A program made the position numbers and the translations under genes. From assembly GCA_038087875.1 (NCBI GenBank), contig CM075991.1, positions 5,270,001 to 5,334,000 on the forward strand: DNA of 64,000 nucleotides. The letters run 5' to 3'. Shown piece by piece: positions 50,370-63,522 of this stretch. The stretch is from Malacoraja senta. Its lineage: Eukaryota. The notes under the pieces were generated by a model. It was not told the DNA's origin and did no database searches. It saw only the letters and a program-made list of their open reading frames with translations. Position 1 is the first letter of the stretch. Each line of letters opens with the position of its first letter.

Positions 50370-50540
50370 TTTATATTCACGCAACACCTTTCATGACTTC
50401 CGCAACTGCTTTACAATCAATTAGCTATTTCCAAAATTAATTAACTTTTGCAATGTAGTAAAAGCGGAACCCATTTTATACACAGCAAGTGTTCGCAAAA
50501 AGCTGTGTGATAATGTTCTTTTACAGAATGTTGTTTGAGT
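50370..50540 (-). mobile_element. DeuSINE (SacSINE1/AmnSINE-like) relic
   Basis: CACCTTTCATGAC...GCTTTACA..CAA...AATGTAG..AA..CGG..CCATTT...CACAGCAAG resembles the reverse of the Deu domain as recalled; a similar relic lies at about 22715-22810. Confidence 0.55.
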
Positions 50541-50658
50541 CACAGAGTCATGCAACAGGAGAAGCAGACCGCTTGCCCCACTCTGTCCATACCAACCATC
50601 AGGCACCATCAATGCTAATCCCCATCAAGTGCACCCCAACACGCCTCTCCAGATTTTC

Positions 50659-50972
50659 TTAGTTTAAAGATACCGTGTGGAAACAGGCCCTTCGGCCCAC
50701 CGAGTCCATGCCGACCAATGATCCCCGCACATTAACACGATCCAACACACACTAGGGACAATTTACACTTATACCATGTATACAAACCCAAGCCAATTAA
50801 CCTACAAACCTGTACGTCTTTGGAGAGTTGGGAGGAAACCGAGGATCTCGGAGAAAACCCACGCAAGTCACGGGGAGAACGTACGACAGCACCCATAGTC
50901 AGGATCGAACCCGGGTCTCCGGCGCTGCAAGTGCTGTGAGGCAGCAACTCTACCGCTGCGCCACCGTGCCGC
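50659..50972 (-). mobile_element. HE1-type SINE (head-insertion variant)
   Basis: Reverse consensus. Confidence 0.87.
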
Positions 50973-52198
50973 CTACATTTGACCTACACTGGGAGCACAA
51001 TTTAGAGATCCTAATTAACTTGTCAATTTGCATGCCTTTGACACGTGAGAGGAAACCAGAGCTCTCCAGCTAAACCTACATGGACACAGGATCATGATGC
51101 AAACTTGACAGAGACCGAAGCCAGGGATCAGCACCAAACTGGGTTTGGTGGCACCATCCTGACTTGATCTGATTTATGTACGAGTCCAAACTTAAGTAAA
51201 CAGGCAAGCAACCAATCTCATCTACCATTTTACATTATGTGCATTTATACACACATGGTCCAATTTAATATCATTTAGTTGAAGATAGAATCCTGTACAA
51301 TAACCAAATTGAGAAAGAAAATTGGATTAAGGGGGAGTTATCTACAAAAGAGGTTAAGCGATCAAAATTAGAGCATGTGGGATTGATGACAATGTATTAG
51401 TATGGTCTGGTTAATGGACCTGGTTAATGGAAAGAAAACAGGGAGAAGGAAAATACAAATTTATTTTCATATAGGGAGGCTTTAACTCATGGGGTGTAGA
51501 GTTCAGTGCCAGGCCCTTCTCCAGTTCACTTCATTGGCAGAGTTGCTGCCTTACAGTGTTGGTGACCCGGGTTCGATCCTGACTATGGGTGCCATCAAAT
51601 TGTCCTTAGTGTTGCTGGTCAGCGTTGGACTCGGTGGGCCGAAGGGCCTGTTTCCACATTGTATCTCTGAAGTCTAAAGTTCACAATCGATATCAGTGCT
51701 TGGGATAAGCAAGAACGTCCACACCTGTTAAGACTTGACTTCCTGGGATTGTTTATCATATAACCTTGCAAGCGGCAGGAAGGACAGGTATGGCATCCGG
51801 CATCTCTCCTGCACTCAATAATGTCATCATGCTAATCTGGTGATAATTCCCGACAGAGGGTACTGCACTGATTGCCAACACGCTGAGCCTGCAGCAGGAA
51901 TCGTGAGAATGAACTATGTCATCATAGGAATAATAAAAGCCCAGGGAAGTGGCTTCTATCTCGGTTCCACCTGAATTTCCAAAACCTTATATTTAGGGCA
52001 GTTATTCTGAACACACACATGAGAGATAGAACACTACTTTTGACTTGCAGACCATCCTTGTGGAATTATCAGTTCATAAAGGAGGCAGAAATGGAAACTT
52101 TACTACTCTGGATTCAACTTCGAATCAATTGAACCCTTGGTCTTAGAATTGGCAACTGGAGAGCTGTCTTGAACTGCCATCTACCTCACTGGAGACCC

Positions 52199-52365
52199 GG
52201 GATGCAAGCAGAAGCCTCCACGTGGCGCAACCCGGGCAATGCCGATGACAGAAACTGTACCACAGTGACTGACTGAAGTAGCCAATTCTGCAACCACCGA
52301 CCGTCAACCGTCACTGACCGACCGGAAAGACGTGATATAGAAGATGGCCGGACACGAGGAAGAAG
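52199..52365 (+). mobile_element. Short non-LTR 3' fragment with (GAA)n tail, tentatively Vingi/Ingi-like
   Basis: 11-bp TSD ACTGGAGACCC (52188-52198 / 52366-52376); ends GGACACGAGGAAGAAG; inserted in a Rex1-type 3' UTR. Confidence 0.65.
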
Positions 52366-52763
52366 ACTGGAGACCCTCGGACTATGTTTAATCGGATTCT
52401 ATCTTACACCAAACACTGTTTCCTTTATGCTGTATCTGTACACTGTGGACAGCTTGATTGTAATCATGTATAGTCTTTCCGCTGACTGGATAGCACGGAG
52501 GAAAAAGCTTTTCACTGTACCTCAATAAACTAAACTAAAATGACATCCCAGGGTAATGGTGACCAAGATGTCACAACTCACTTAAAACACCACAAACCCC
52601 AATGAGGTGGAAGGATGAACTACATGGACTGGATTACTCGCATATAATGGTCACGGAGTTGCCTATTAAGCATGAACATGTTGCCACGATCAGAGGCCAA
52701 ATGGCATCACATGCCGTGGGCCTTCTTCACAGAACAACCAGTCCCTCCATTAGTATTTAAGAA

Positions 52764-53266
52764 GGAACTGCAAATGCTGGAAAATCGAAGGTAGACCAAA
52801 GTGCTGGAGAAACTCAGCGGGTGCAGCAGCATCTATGGAGCGAAGGAAATAGGCAACGTTTCGGGCCGAAACCCTTCTTCAGACTGATGTAGGGTGGGGG
52901 GGGCGGTGAGAAGATAGGAGAAAGGAAGAGGAGGAGCCCGAGGGATGCGGGAGAGCTGAGAATGGGAGGAGACAGCAAGGGCTACTGGAAATTGGAGAAG
53001 TCAATGTTTATGCCGCTAGGGTGCAAACTGCCCAAGTGGAATATGAGGTGCTGCTCCTCCAATTTCCGGTGGTGCTCACTCTGGCCATGGAGGAGGCCCA
53101 TGACAGAAAGGTCGGATTCGGAATGGGAGGGGGAGTTGAAGTGCTGAGCCACCGGGGGATCAGGTTGGTCAATGCGGACCGAGTGGAGGTGTTCGGCGAA
53201 ACGATCACCAAGCCTACGCTTGGTCTCACCGATGTAGATCAGCTGACATCTAGAGCAGCGGATGCA
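52764..53266 (-). mobile_element. Penelope-like element 3' fragment with intact GIY-YIG endonuclease C-terminus
   Basis: Open frame 53266-52982: CIRCSRCQLIYIGETKRRLGDRFAEHL...VAQHFN...KLEEQHLIFHLGSLHPSGINIDFSNFQ*. The 3' region has a hammerhead-like core. Flanked by a 15-bp direct repeat ATTAGTATTTAAGAA (52749-52763 / 53267-53281). Confidence 0.9.
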
Positions 53267-54076
53267 ATTAGTATTTAAGAAATAAACGAAGACTCCACAC
53301 CGTCAGGCTGGAACCAGACATTTGGATGTGAACGTTTTATGATTTTTCAGATGCAGTGATTAATATCAGTGTAGTTTACTCCTGAGCACATGATGACTTA
53401 AATTGAAATCGTGCAGAAAACATTATCCTATTCATTTTGAGGCGGCAAGCTGCTAAACTGCAGGCTTCTCAAAATTAGTAGTCACTTGGCATTTGCTGAA
53501 GGAACAGTACTCATAAATCAATGGTTGACTCTATTGACAAACAAATCTGGAAGAGAGATTAGTTGGTCTAGACAGACAGTCAAAAGAAAGAGCTTTAATT
53601 TTGTGTACCATTACAAAAAAAAACCAAATATGGGGGCTCTGTACCGACATATTCTATTCATTAAGTTATAAAAATATCTTCAGACACGTGGAAGATTTTT
53701 CAACCCAGCAAGACAACGAAATTAAGCTATATTGCCTGAAATTCACTCCCAGTGTAGAACTAAATGTATCAGCATGTTGCTTTCTCACTTTGAAATTCAT
53801 TCATTGACTTCAATATTATGTTCCTCACAGGGGGTGAATTTTAAAACAATGTACTCAACCTATGTCATTGCAATCTACTGATTGTAACTTAGTTTGAAAT
53901 AACCTAAAACTTTGCCAACAATGCCCTCTGAAAACCGAGTCAGAGATTGATTCTGTTTTTTCCACAGGCATCTATCTCCTCAGCTTCAACTTATGTCCCA
54001 TCACCATCTTCCTTTTGCTTTCCAATATCCTCCCTGCTATTGTTTAGCCACTGATGCCTTTGCGGGTAGCTCTAGT

Positions 54077-54365
54077 GGGCAGCACAGTGGCACAGCAGTA
54101 GAGTCGCTGCCTTATAACACCAGAGACCCTGGTTCAATCCGGACTTTGGGTGCTGTCTGTATGCTCTCCTCGTGACTGCGTGCATTTTCCCAGGGTGCTC
54201 TGGTTTCCTCCCACACTCCAAAGACATACATGTTTGTAGGTTAATTGGCTTCGGTAAAGATTGTGAATTGTCTCGAGTGTGCAGGATAGTGCTAGTGTAC
54301 GGGGTGATCGCTGGTTGGCACGGACTTAGTGGGCAAGGCCATTTCCTCGCTGTATCTCTAAATTA
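54077..54365 (+). mobile_element. HE1-type SINE
   Basis: Consensus motifs. Confidence 0.83.
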
Positions 54366-56029
54366 AACAAAAAAAAACTATTTTGATGGCAGACCTTCCC
54401 TTTTCTGCAATTCCCGGACTCGGTACTTACCTAAAATCTGTTGCACCTCACACTCTATCTAGTGAAAGTCAACCATCTCCACAGATGCTGCCTGATCCGC
54501 AACTGCTTTCAGTGCATTTTCATTCATTAGTTATAGGTTTGCTGATTCATTTAGCATTCAAGCTTATTTGTGGATAAGGTTCACTACATATTTTCAAGAT
54601 GAACAATATTGAAAATATTTTGCTTTCCAAAACAAACTCCTTTCAAAAGGACACCACACTAATTCATGCCTTCAACTGAAAGCAGCTTTGGGTTAGAAGT
54701 GAATTTCGAAACAAGCCCTACACTTGATTGCACTTAGAAAGCTCCTAAACATCGGTTTGTGGGAGTTGCCATCAGTTGACAGAAAAACCCTGAACATACA
54801 CAGGCTTGGGCCAGGACAGAAAGTCAGTGGTTTGCAGAGGACTCGAGAAATGTGAAAAGATCTGCTGTTTTCTGTTTGTTTTTCAATTTTTTATTCACAC
54901 AGTTTCTAGCCAACAGGAAATTGCAGGCTGCAACAGAGATCACTTCTGTGACTGGCTTGGCTGAGGAAAGAGTGGGCTCAACTCCTTTTCCTGATTTTAA
55001 AAGAGTTTTATTGATTATCATTGCCTGTCACATGAGGCAATTATTCAATCTGGATATCTGGCTTTAAGACTTTCATTAAAGTAGCAGAGATACATTTGGG
55101 TTGGAGTTTTTTTTCTGGTAAACAAAAGTTGAATGTTTTATTAGATTCTGCCAAATTGACACTTAGTGGTTTTTGAACCAACCCAATAAAAGCAATCAGT
55201 TAAAACCCCATGTGCCTGCTGCCTCCAGATCACGGCAAAGATAGCAATATGAGCTCCAAGAATGTTCTCTTTTCTCACAAGTGTTGAGAACTTCAAAACG
55301 TGAGGTTCGAAAATAATGAATTCCCAACACTTTCATCTTATTCCCAATACCCAACATGAATTTTCAAGCAGTCAAATGCATGACTGTCTTACAGGTAGTG
55401 CTCTTCTGGTTGCTGCCTCACAGCTCCAGAAACCAGAGTTCAATGTTGACCTGCGGTGCTGTCTTCGGTGAGTACTTTCCATGAGATTGCTTGCACCTTC
55501 TCCGGATGCTCATGTTTCTTCCCAAGTCACAGGAACTAACATATTGGTAGCATAATTGGCCGTTAAAATGTGCCTCTCATGTTTTTAATTAATTGAAATA
55601 TCGTCAAGTCAAGAGAGTTTATTGTCATGTGTCCCAGATAGGACAATGCTTCAGCACAACAGAATATAGTAGGCATGAATACAGCATGGATACATTGAGT
55701 CCATGCCCACTATCGATCACCCTTTCCACTAGTTCTATGTTATCCAACTTTTGCACCCACACCTTTAGGGCAATTTACTGAGGCCTATCAACCTACAAAC
55801 CTGCATATAATTGGGATCTGGAAGGAAACTGGAGCACCCAGAGGAAACACACATAAACAGCATCCGGAGTCAGCAAACAAGAATTTAATTGTCCTATCTG
55901 GGACACATGACAATAAACTCTCTTGACTTGACTTGACTTGGGTCGTACCCGGGTCCCTGGCATTGAAAGGCAATTACGCTACCAGATGCGCCTCCGTGGG
56001 AAGAATTAAAATTACTCTAGGATTAGAAT

Positions 56030-56340
56030 CATTAGACGGCATCTTCCAAGTGAACACCTTCCTCTACCAAGTAGAAGGACAAAAGCAGCTAAACTATAGG
56101 AAGACCACCACCTAGAAGTTGCCCTCCAAGCCACACAATGACCATCCTGACTCGGAAATATATCGCCATTCTTTCACCGTCGCAAAGGTAAAAATTCTGG
56201 AAACACTCTCCCCACACACATTGTGCATATATATCGCACTTTAAGGACTGCAAGCAGTTCAAGAATGGCGGCTCACCACTACCTTCTTCAGGAGTACAAG
56301 TGATGGCTCAGCCAACAAAGCCGGCACCCTTTAATGAATA
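56030..56340 (+). mobile_element. Ancient CR1/L2-group LINE 3' end
   Basis: CCCTCCAAGCCAC...ACCATCCTGACT..GGAAATATATCGCC...GGACTGCA..GTTCAAGAA..GCTCACCAC, a motif set recalled as typical of an old elasmobranch LINE tail. Confidence 0.6.
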
Positions 56341-56454
56341 AGTAACGGGTGCTTGTTGGTTGGCACAGATTCAATGGGGCTTCAAGGCTGCATAACCCGA
56401 ACTATGCCCAACCCAAACAGTCTTTGTTCAGGTTTCAAAGCTTGAAACTAGTTT

Positions 56455-56720
56455 TAGTTTTAAGTTTAGTTTATTGTCACGTGTACCGAGGTACAGTGAA
56501 AAGCTTTTGGTGCAAGCTCACCAGTCAGCGGAAAAACAAATCATGAGTACAATCGAGCCATCCACAGAAATATAATAAAGGGAATGAGTGCAAGATAAAT
56601 CAAGATCGTCTGAGGGTCTCCAATGAGATAGATAGTTGTTCAGGACTGCTCTCTAGTTGTTGGTAGGATGGTTCAGTTGCCTGATAACAGCTGGGAGGAA
56701 ACTGTCCGTGAATCTGGAGC
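56455..56720 (-). mobile_element. Rex1-type LINE 3' UTR fragment (related copies near 15160, 17490, 22400, 25075, 40465, 52150, 61130)
   Basis: TTTATTGTCACGTGTACCGAGGTACAGTGAAAAGC...CCTGATAACAGCTGGGA. Confidence 0.7.
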
Positions 56721-57291
56721 AGTGTGTGTTCAATCCCGTGAGATGCCATCAGTTCACAAGACAACTTTAATTTGCCCCACATCTATCACTGATATTTTAC
56801 ATTTAAAAAATCCCTATTCTTCCCTACAATCGCACGTTATGCGGACACCACTGACAGGAACTCGGCAGGTAACGGAAGCTTCCCTGAATGTCCAGAGTCC
56901 CACAAGCCCACGGGGGATGTTTATAAAAGTGGTCTGCTCCACATATTGGCAGTATTTCACCATCTGTTTCAAGTTTCCCACCAGATCTTGCTTGGTCTCT
57001 GGAGAGGTGACAGGAGGAGGTCATTCCACACTAAGCTAGAGGCGGAGGGCCAGGGCAAGAACAGGCTCACCAAATGCTTGAACCACCTGCAGGAGCAACT
57101 TGCATGGAGACAGGGGCCAGGTGTTTAAATCTGTTCTTATTTCTCCTGCTTCCAGAAATCCAAGACTACATAAAATAGTAGTGTCAATGGACAAGTACAC
57201 ATGTGTATTGCTGAATGGAACAGAATAGAATTGAATTGAATTCTTTATTATGACATGTGAAAAAAATCTTTGTTTTCCATACCATACCCAG

Positions 57292-58056
57292 AGTATAGGG
57301 TGGTGCCGTCAGCCTTGCCAACAGTCTGTCTGCCTTTTCATCTTGTTTTATTATTTTTAGTGTGTTTTAAAAGTATGTGTTAATGTTCTCTGGTTTGTTT
57401 TATGTGGGGGGGGGGGGGGTTGGTGAAGGGGGTCGGGGAAAACTATTTTCAGTCTCCTACCTTGCCGGAGATGCAATTGTTTTCCGGATCGTATCTCCGG
57501 TCGCCCTGCGGCCTAACATCATGGAGTTGGTGGCCTTGCTCGAAATTGACTTTGAGCCCCACCGCGGTGCCGTGGACTTAACACCGGAGCCGATCCCTTG
57601 CCCGGGATCGATGCTCCAACCACGGCCTGCGGATTTCAACATCGAGGAGCTCGTAGTCTCGGGTAGAGACTGAAGTCGGGAAGCTCCAAAGTCGCAAGAG
57701 GTTCAACTAGCCCCGACCCGGGGTCTGATCGCCCGGCGCGGGGGAGCTGAGATCCCCCCGATGCAGGAGCTTGATCGCACCGACATGGAGGGCCCGACCG
57801 CCGTCTACGGGAGACAATGTCGTCCCGTCAACAGAAGGTTCGAGTGCCCTGACCACGGGGAAACTAAGAAGGGAAGAAGATTGAATTTTTTTTGCCTTCC
57901 ATCACAGTGAGGAATATGGGGGAGTCACTGTGGTGGATGTTCATGTTAAAAATTTATTTGTGTATTGTTGCTCTTTATTGGTATGACTGTATAGCAAATC
58001 TAATTCCTTGTATGTTGTAAAACATACTTGGCTAATAAAGTACTATTATGACTATG
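57292..58056 (+). mobile_element. CpG-rich non-coding repeat with LINE-type 3' tail (probable non-autonomous retroposon)
   Basis: 3' end AATTCCTTGTATGT...TACTTGGCTAATAAA is shared with the tails at 13415-13607 and about 4670-4712 (minus); CpG-dense body; no credible ORF. Confidence 0.55.
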
Positions 58057-58981
58057 ATAATGTAACAGTGCTCAATGTAGTCCCGGTGGTCCCTCTTCAT
58101 TATCCGTGGTCCTCTCTACACCGACTCCCTCTTTATTCTCGGAGTCGGAGTCCCTCTTTGTCCTCAGCGGCTCCCCCACGCCGTGTCCCCCTTTGTATTT
58201 GTACCGTGTGCACATACACGTCACAGAGCCATACAGCATGAAAACAGGCTCTGTGGCCCAATTTACCGTGCCGATCAAGCTACCCCATCTACGTTAGTCC
58301 ATGTTTGGTCCATATCCCTCTAAAATATCCATACACTGCCTACCTGCATTTTAAACGCTGCTACAGTACCACAAGTACATTTCACAATGTACAAATTACC
58401 ATCATGTAACGCAAGCACCTTTTTAGAGGGAGAGGGAGAGGGAGAGGGAGAGGGAGAGGGAGAGGGAGATGGTTGCCCGGCCTAGAATGATCAATAACAC
58501 ACCTTGAGAAGCATCCAAAAAACATGCTACTATATTTCTCTCTCTTGGCAGTGCGACCATTTATTTCATGCCACAGAGACAAATCTCTTCAGTGTCAACC
58601 GAACTTACCTTTTGTCAATTTGGGTCAAACACCTTCATCCCACACACTTACACTGCTCAGCTTGTTTCCAGCTCCCGACTAATGGCATTGTGGGCTGCAG
58701 TGAGTAACACAGCTGTTATTGGCTCGTGAACTTCACCCACAGCAGCCCCATATCCAGAAAGGCACCGGGTAATCTAATCACATCTTCAAGAAAATGCCCT
58801 CGCACTGATGCTCTCTTCCTCGTCTTGCCCACAAATGTTTGATAAGGTCAGTCGGTCTGACCGATTTCATTGTTTACAAAAAGTGGTTTTATTAAGATTT
58901 ATTAAAAATAAAATGAAGACTGTCAATGAAGTATTTAGGTTAAACCTTAACAGTGAAAAAAACTGCTCTTATCTTGAAGTT

Positions 58982-59110
58982 GGAGAGAGAGAGAGAGTAG
59001 AGAGAATGTAGAGAGAGAGAGAGAGAGGGAGGGAGAGAGGGAGAGGGAGAGAGAGAGGGGGAGAGGGAGAGAGAGAGAGAGAGAGAGGGGGGGAGGGGGA
59101 GGGGGAGAGG

Positions 59111-59148
<38 letters not shown>

Positions 59149-59382
59149 GAGGGGGAGAGAGACAGAGAGAGAGGGTGAGGGGGAGGGGGAGAGGGAGGGA
59201 GAGAGAGGGGGAGGGGGAGAGGGAGAGGGAGAGAGAGAGGGGGAGGGGGAGAGGGAGAGAGGGAGGGGGAGAGGGAGAGAGAGAGAGGGAGAGAGAGGGG
59301 GAGGGGGAGAGAGAGGGAGAGGGAGAGGGAGAGGGAGAGGGAGGGGGAGGGGGAGAGGGAGAGGGAGAGGGAGAGAGAGAGG
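58982..59382. repeat. About 400-bp polypurine (GA/GGGAGA)n tract; shorter one at 58426-58469
   Basis: Almost exclusively G and A on the plus strand. Confidence 0.95.
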
Positions 59383-61267
59383 CAGCAATCAGGTCATGAG
59401 GGCAGTTTTATAATAAGAGAGTGAACAGATTGAACGGAACAAACAGCAAGCTGTAAACTCTGGAGACTCTGGTGGTTCACTTTTAGAGTAAAACCCTCGT
59501 GAGGTCACATGTTTTTTTTACAAGTTCCCACATCTGACCAGGCGTGGGTGGGGGGAATTTCAAGTTGGGTACCTTATGCACTGCTTCAATGAGGGTCAAA
59601 CAAGACACGAGAGAGATGTCCAATCCCCAGACACGGTTTAGAGAAGTACCACAAGTCTGATCCCAGGCAGGAGAGGACTCGGGAATGAGAAAAACTGGAG
59701 CATTTGGGCTTTTCACCCATGAAAGATGCGACTGAAACTTTCGACTGACTCAAGATTTCACAGAGTAAAAGGATTCTCGAACTAAAGCCACTATAAAAAA
59801 TCTAGGAACAACTCTAGATTATATGGAAGGTACACAAAAATGCTGGAGAAACTCAGCGGGTGCAGCAGCATCTATGGAGCGAAGGAAATAGGCAACGTTT
59901 CGGGCCAAAACCCTTCTTCAGACTATTTATATGGAGCTGTGAGGTGCTTTCAATCTTAGACCGTTTGATTTCACATTCTTTAATACACTTGCCTAAACAT
60001 AAAATAGTTTTTTTTCTATTTTTTTCCCACCACTTCCCTTATGCACCGTTCTAGCTTTGAAGAAAAGAGTTCTATTAACATTTTGTGACTAATGTGCCCG
60101 CCAGCAGTGCTACATGTTGTTTAAAGTTTATCTGCTCTTGTTCTCGTCTGCCCAACCAAAGAACTGAGTTTCTCTCTATTAAATCTTATCAACTTCATAA
60201 ATCATTGCAGATATCAGGGAGAACTCATTCATTCCAAGGGAATACAATCCTAGACACCTAGACCTAGAAGGCATCATTCTGGTGAAATCGCAGTGTGTCA
60301 CTCATGGACGACAGCCTTGGAGAGGCTGGTAGGGACTTGAGCACAATCCTCCTAAGAGAACACTAAGAAAAGATAAGACAGACACAAAGTGCTGGAGTAA
60401 CTCTGCGGGCCAGGCAGCAACTATGGAGAAAAAGGATGGGTGACAGTTTGTCGGGACCCTTCTCCAGAGACACTGCCTGACCTCAAGAGTTATTCCAGCA
60501 CTTTGTGTCTATCTTCAGTATAAACCAGCATCTGCAGTTCCTTTCTACATCTAAGAAAACATAGGCAGTTAAGTTTTTCAGAATTCCAGAATGAAACAGC
60601 CAATGACTCCTAATTTTTTTCAGAATATTTTTTTAAACAAGAGTCCACTAGCTTTTCACGGCAATTGGACGGGACCAGAAATTTCTCCGCTACTCAACAC
60701 TCAACGCTTTGATCCACCTTTCTCCATTTCAGAGCCATCCACCTGCCATCAGTCTTCGGAGGCAGCAGAAGTTGAAAACAGAAGAACGCAGGAGTAAATT
60801 TAAGAATGACGGCAGACATTTCTGTCGCATGGATGATCAATGCATAAATGGGCAGCAGATGAAAAAGGAAATGTTAGATTCACTTGAGAAATTATGTTTT
60901 CTATTTACAGCGGATGAAGGAAGTAGAGATTCTGAACTTGGTGGAGCTTGAAGATCACGACCCAAAACATTGCCTGTCCATTCAGTCAAAGCGTCATACA
61001 GCGTGGAAACAGGCCCTTCGGCCCTACTTGCCTACGCCGACCATCATGCCCCACCTACACTAGTCCCACCTGCCTATGGAGTCACACAGCATAGTCATAC
61101 ATGTAACATTTTTCTCCACTGATGCAGTGCTGAACTACCATCTACCTCCTTGGTGACCCTCAGACTATCCTTGATCGGACTTTGCTGGCGTTACCTTACA
61201 CTAAACACTATTCCCTTATCATGTAAATGGCTCAATTGTAATCATGTGTTGTCTTTTGCTGACTGGA

Positions 61268-61655
61268 TAGACAATAGACAATAGGTGCAGGAGTAGTCCA
61301 TTTGGCGGTTCGAGCCAGCACCGCCATTCAATGTGATCATGGCTGATCATCCCCAATCAGTACCCCGTTCCTGCCTTCTCCCCATATCCCCTAACTCCGC
61401 TATTTTTAAGAGCCCTATCTAGCTCTCTCTTGAAAGCATCCAGAGAACCTGCCTCCTCCGCCCTCTAAGGCAGAGAATTCCAGACTCACCACCCTCTGTG
61501 AGAAAAAGTGTTTCTTCGTCTCTGTTCTAAATGGCTTACTCCTTATTCTTAAACTGTGGCCCCTGGTTCTGGACTCCCCCAACATCGGGAACATATTTCC
61601 TGCCTCTAGCGTGTCCAAGCCCTTAACAATCTTATGTTTCAATGAGATCCCCTCT
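61268..61655 (-). mobile_element. CR1 3' fragment nested in a Rex1-type UTR
   Basis: KIVKGLDTLEAGNMFPMLGESRTRGHSLRI; direct repeat CTGGATAG at both junctions. Confidence 0.88.
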
Positions 61656-61911
61656 CTGGATAGCACGCAAGAAAAGCTTTTCACTGTACCTCGGAACACG
61701 TGACAATAAACTAAACTGAAAATGATGCTGCCTGACCGGCTGTGTTTCTCCAGCAGTTAATGTTATTTCTGGGAGTGGGGGGGATTGGTGAAAATAGTAT
61801 GGGAGGGAAGAGCGGAGATGGTGAAACCGTTAACTTCCAAATTCACCTCCTTTGGGTAAGGGTTGAAGTGCAGGGCCTAAATTTCAAATTGAAGAAGAGC
61901 CTCAACATTAA

Positions 61912-62111
61912 NNNNNNNNNNNNNNNNNNNNNNNNNNNNNNNNNNNNNNNNNNNNNNNNNNNNNNNNNNNNNNNNNNNNNNNNNNNNNNNNNNNNNNNNN
62001 NNNNNNNNNNNNNNNNNNNNNNNNNNNNNNNNNNNNNNNNNNNNNNNNNNNNNNNNNNNNNNNNNNNNNNNNNNNNNNNNNNNNNNNNNNNNNNNNNNNN
62101 NNNNNNNNNNN
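61912..62111. other. Assembly gap (200 N)
   Basis: Run of N. Confidence 1.
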
Positions 62112-63522
62112 TGCTGACTCAAAACTTGAGAATTTCTATCAACACCTCAGAAATACTTCATTCATTATATAATGGGCTTTGGGACGTTTTGAGGTTGGGA
62201 AAGTCATCTCATCAATCTTCTTCCTGCCTGATCTCATTTATAAAAATTCATCAAGTCGTAGCTGACAGGAAAGGTACAATTTGGATTACTTTAGCACCGA
62301 GTTTTTACAGGGAGCAAAATCTCAACAACCACACAAAGAATTTTCTAATTTCCTGTCCCAATCTGGAATTGAAGAGCCAGGTGCAAAATGGATTGCTGCA
62401 TTTAGTGGATTCACAAAACAGAACACGGATTAGGTCTGCATTTTGAGTTTGCAACATTGTAGGAGGTTGAACAGGAAATACTATGTGGAGGCAGCAGAAC
62501 CTTGGCTCAGAGTCTCCAAAGGGAACTGCACCATTGCTTTAAGATGCACATTACAATTGGAACCACCATTATTGATCTTCAGGGAAATAAAGGCGGCAGC
62601 AATCAAAACTGGAGACTGGAGCTGGCTAATAATTTAATCCAGGCTCAGGTGCAAAGGTTTTTTAATTGTATTGTTCCTGATAGAGCTGCATTGGACAAAG
62701 AGAGAGCATAATGACATTTCCAATTTACTGTGTAAAGACATTTCTCGTCTTCTTAGTCATAAATTACCGACTCGTTATGCTGAGATTCAGTATGCAGAAA
62801 GAACCTCTTAGCATCTACCCACATTATCCCTCTTCATAATTTTGCTCCTCTCAACTAAATCATCTCTTATTCTTTTGAACGCCACCATTTAGTTCCCTGT
62901 ATTTTGTCACTGGAAACAATCGAGCAAAACATGTTAAACTGATTTCAGGATTATTTTCCCAGTGAGATTTCCTTACCTTTGTTCTCCGACACACTGAATA
63001 ACGGTTATAAAGTACAATTATCCATCAGTGCTTACTACACCAACCCGTTTACCTCCTGCAAGTTATGAAACAGTGCTTGAAAATCCATCTATTCACTTAC
63101 AAAATATCACTTCCTCTCCATTTAAAAAATATTGATTTCTGCTTCTGTGAAATTCAATAACCTCACATTTTCCCACATCATATTCTATGTCCTACTTGCT
63201 CATTCATGCAACATGCCCCTATCCCTTTAAACTCTTTGCGTCGTTACAGCTCACATTGACACCTAACTTTTGGCTACAGCACACAAGGTCCCTACGTTCA
63301 TGTCACCAATAAAGACTGTAAATAATTGAGGCCCCAACACACAGACTCATTTAAGTTATTAATATATTATTTGGATGGCTTTGTGGTCAAAACTGATCTA
63401 ATGGCAAACACTGGCAATACACTGGCAAATCAAGACATTTAACCAATATATCCATTGTTCGATGCCACTCTATTTCTATGAGCACCTATTTTACTCGACA
63501 ACCTTGTTTGGTACTTGTGTGG

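Noticed and set aside
58969..59413. ORFs with long LP/ER/GE repeats
   Set aside because: Translations of the GA-rich simple repeat, not proteins.
61742..62446. 234-aa ORF (also the ORFs at 30243-30563)
   Set aside because: Read through N gaps; artefacts.
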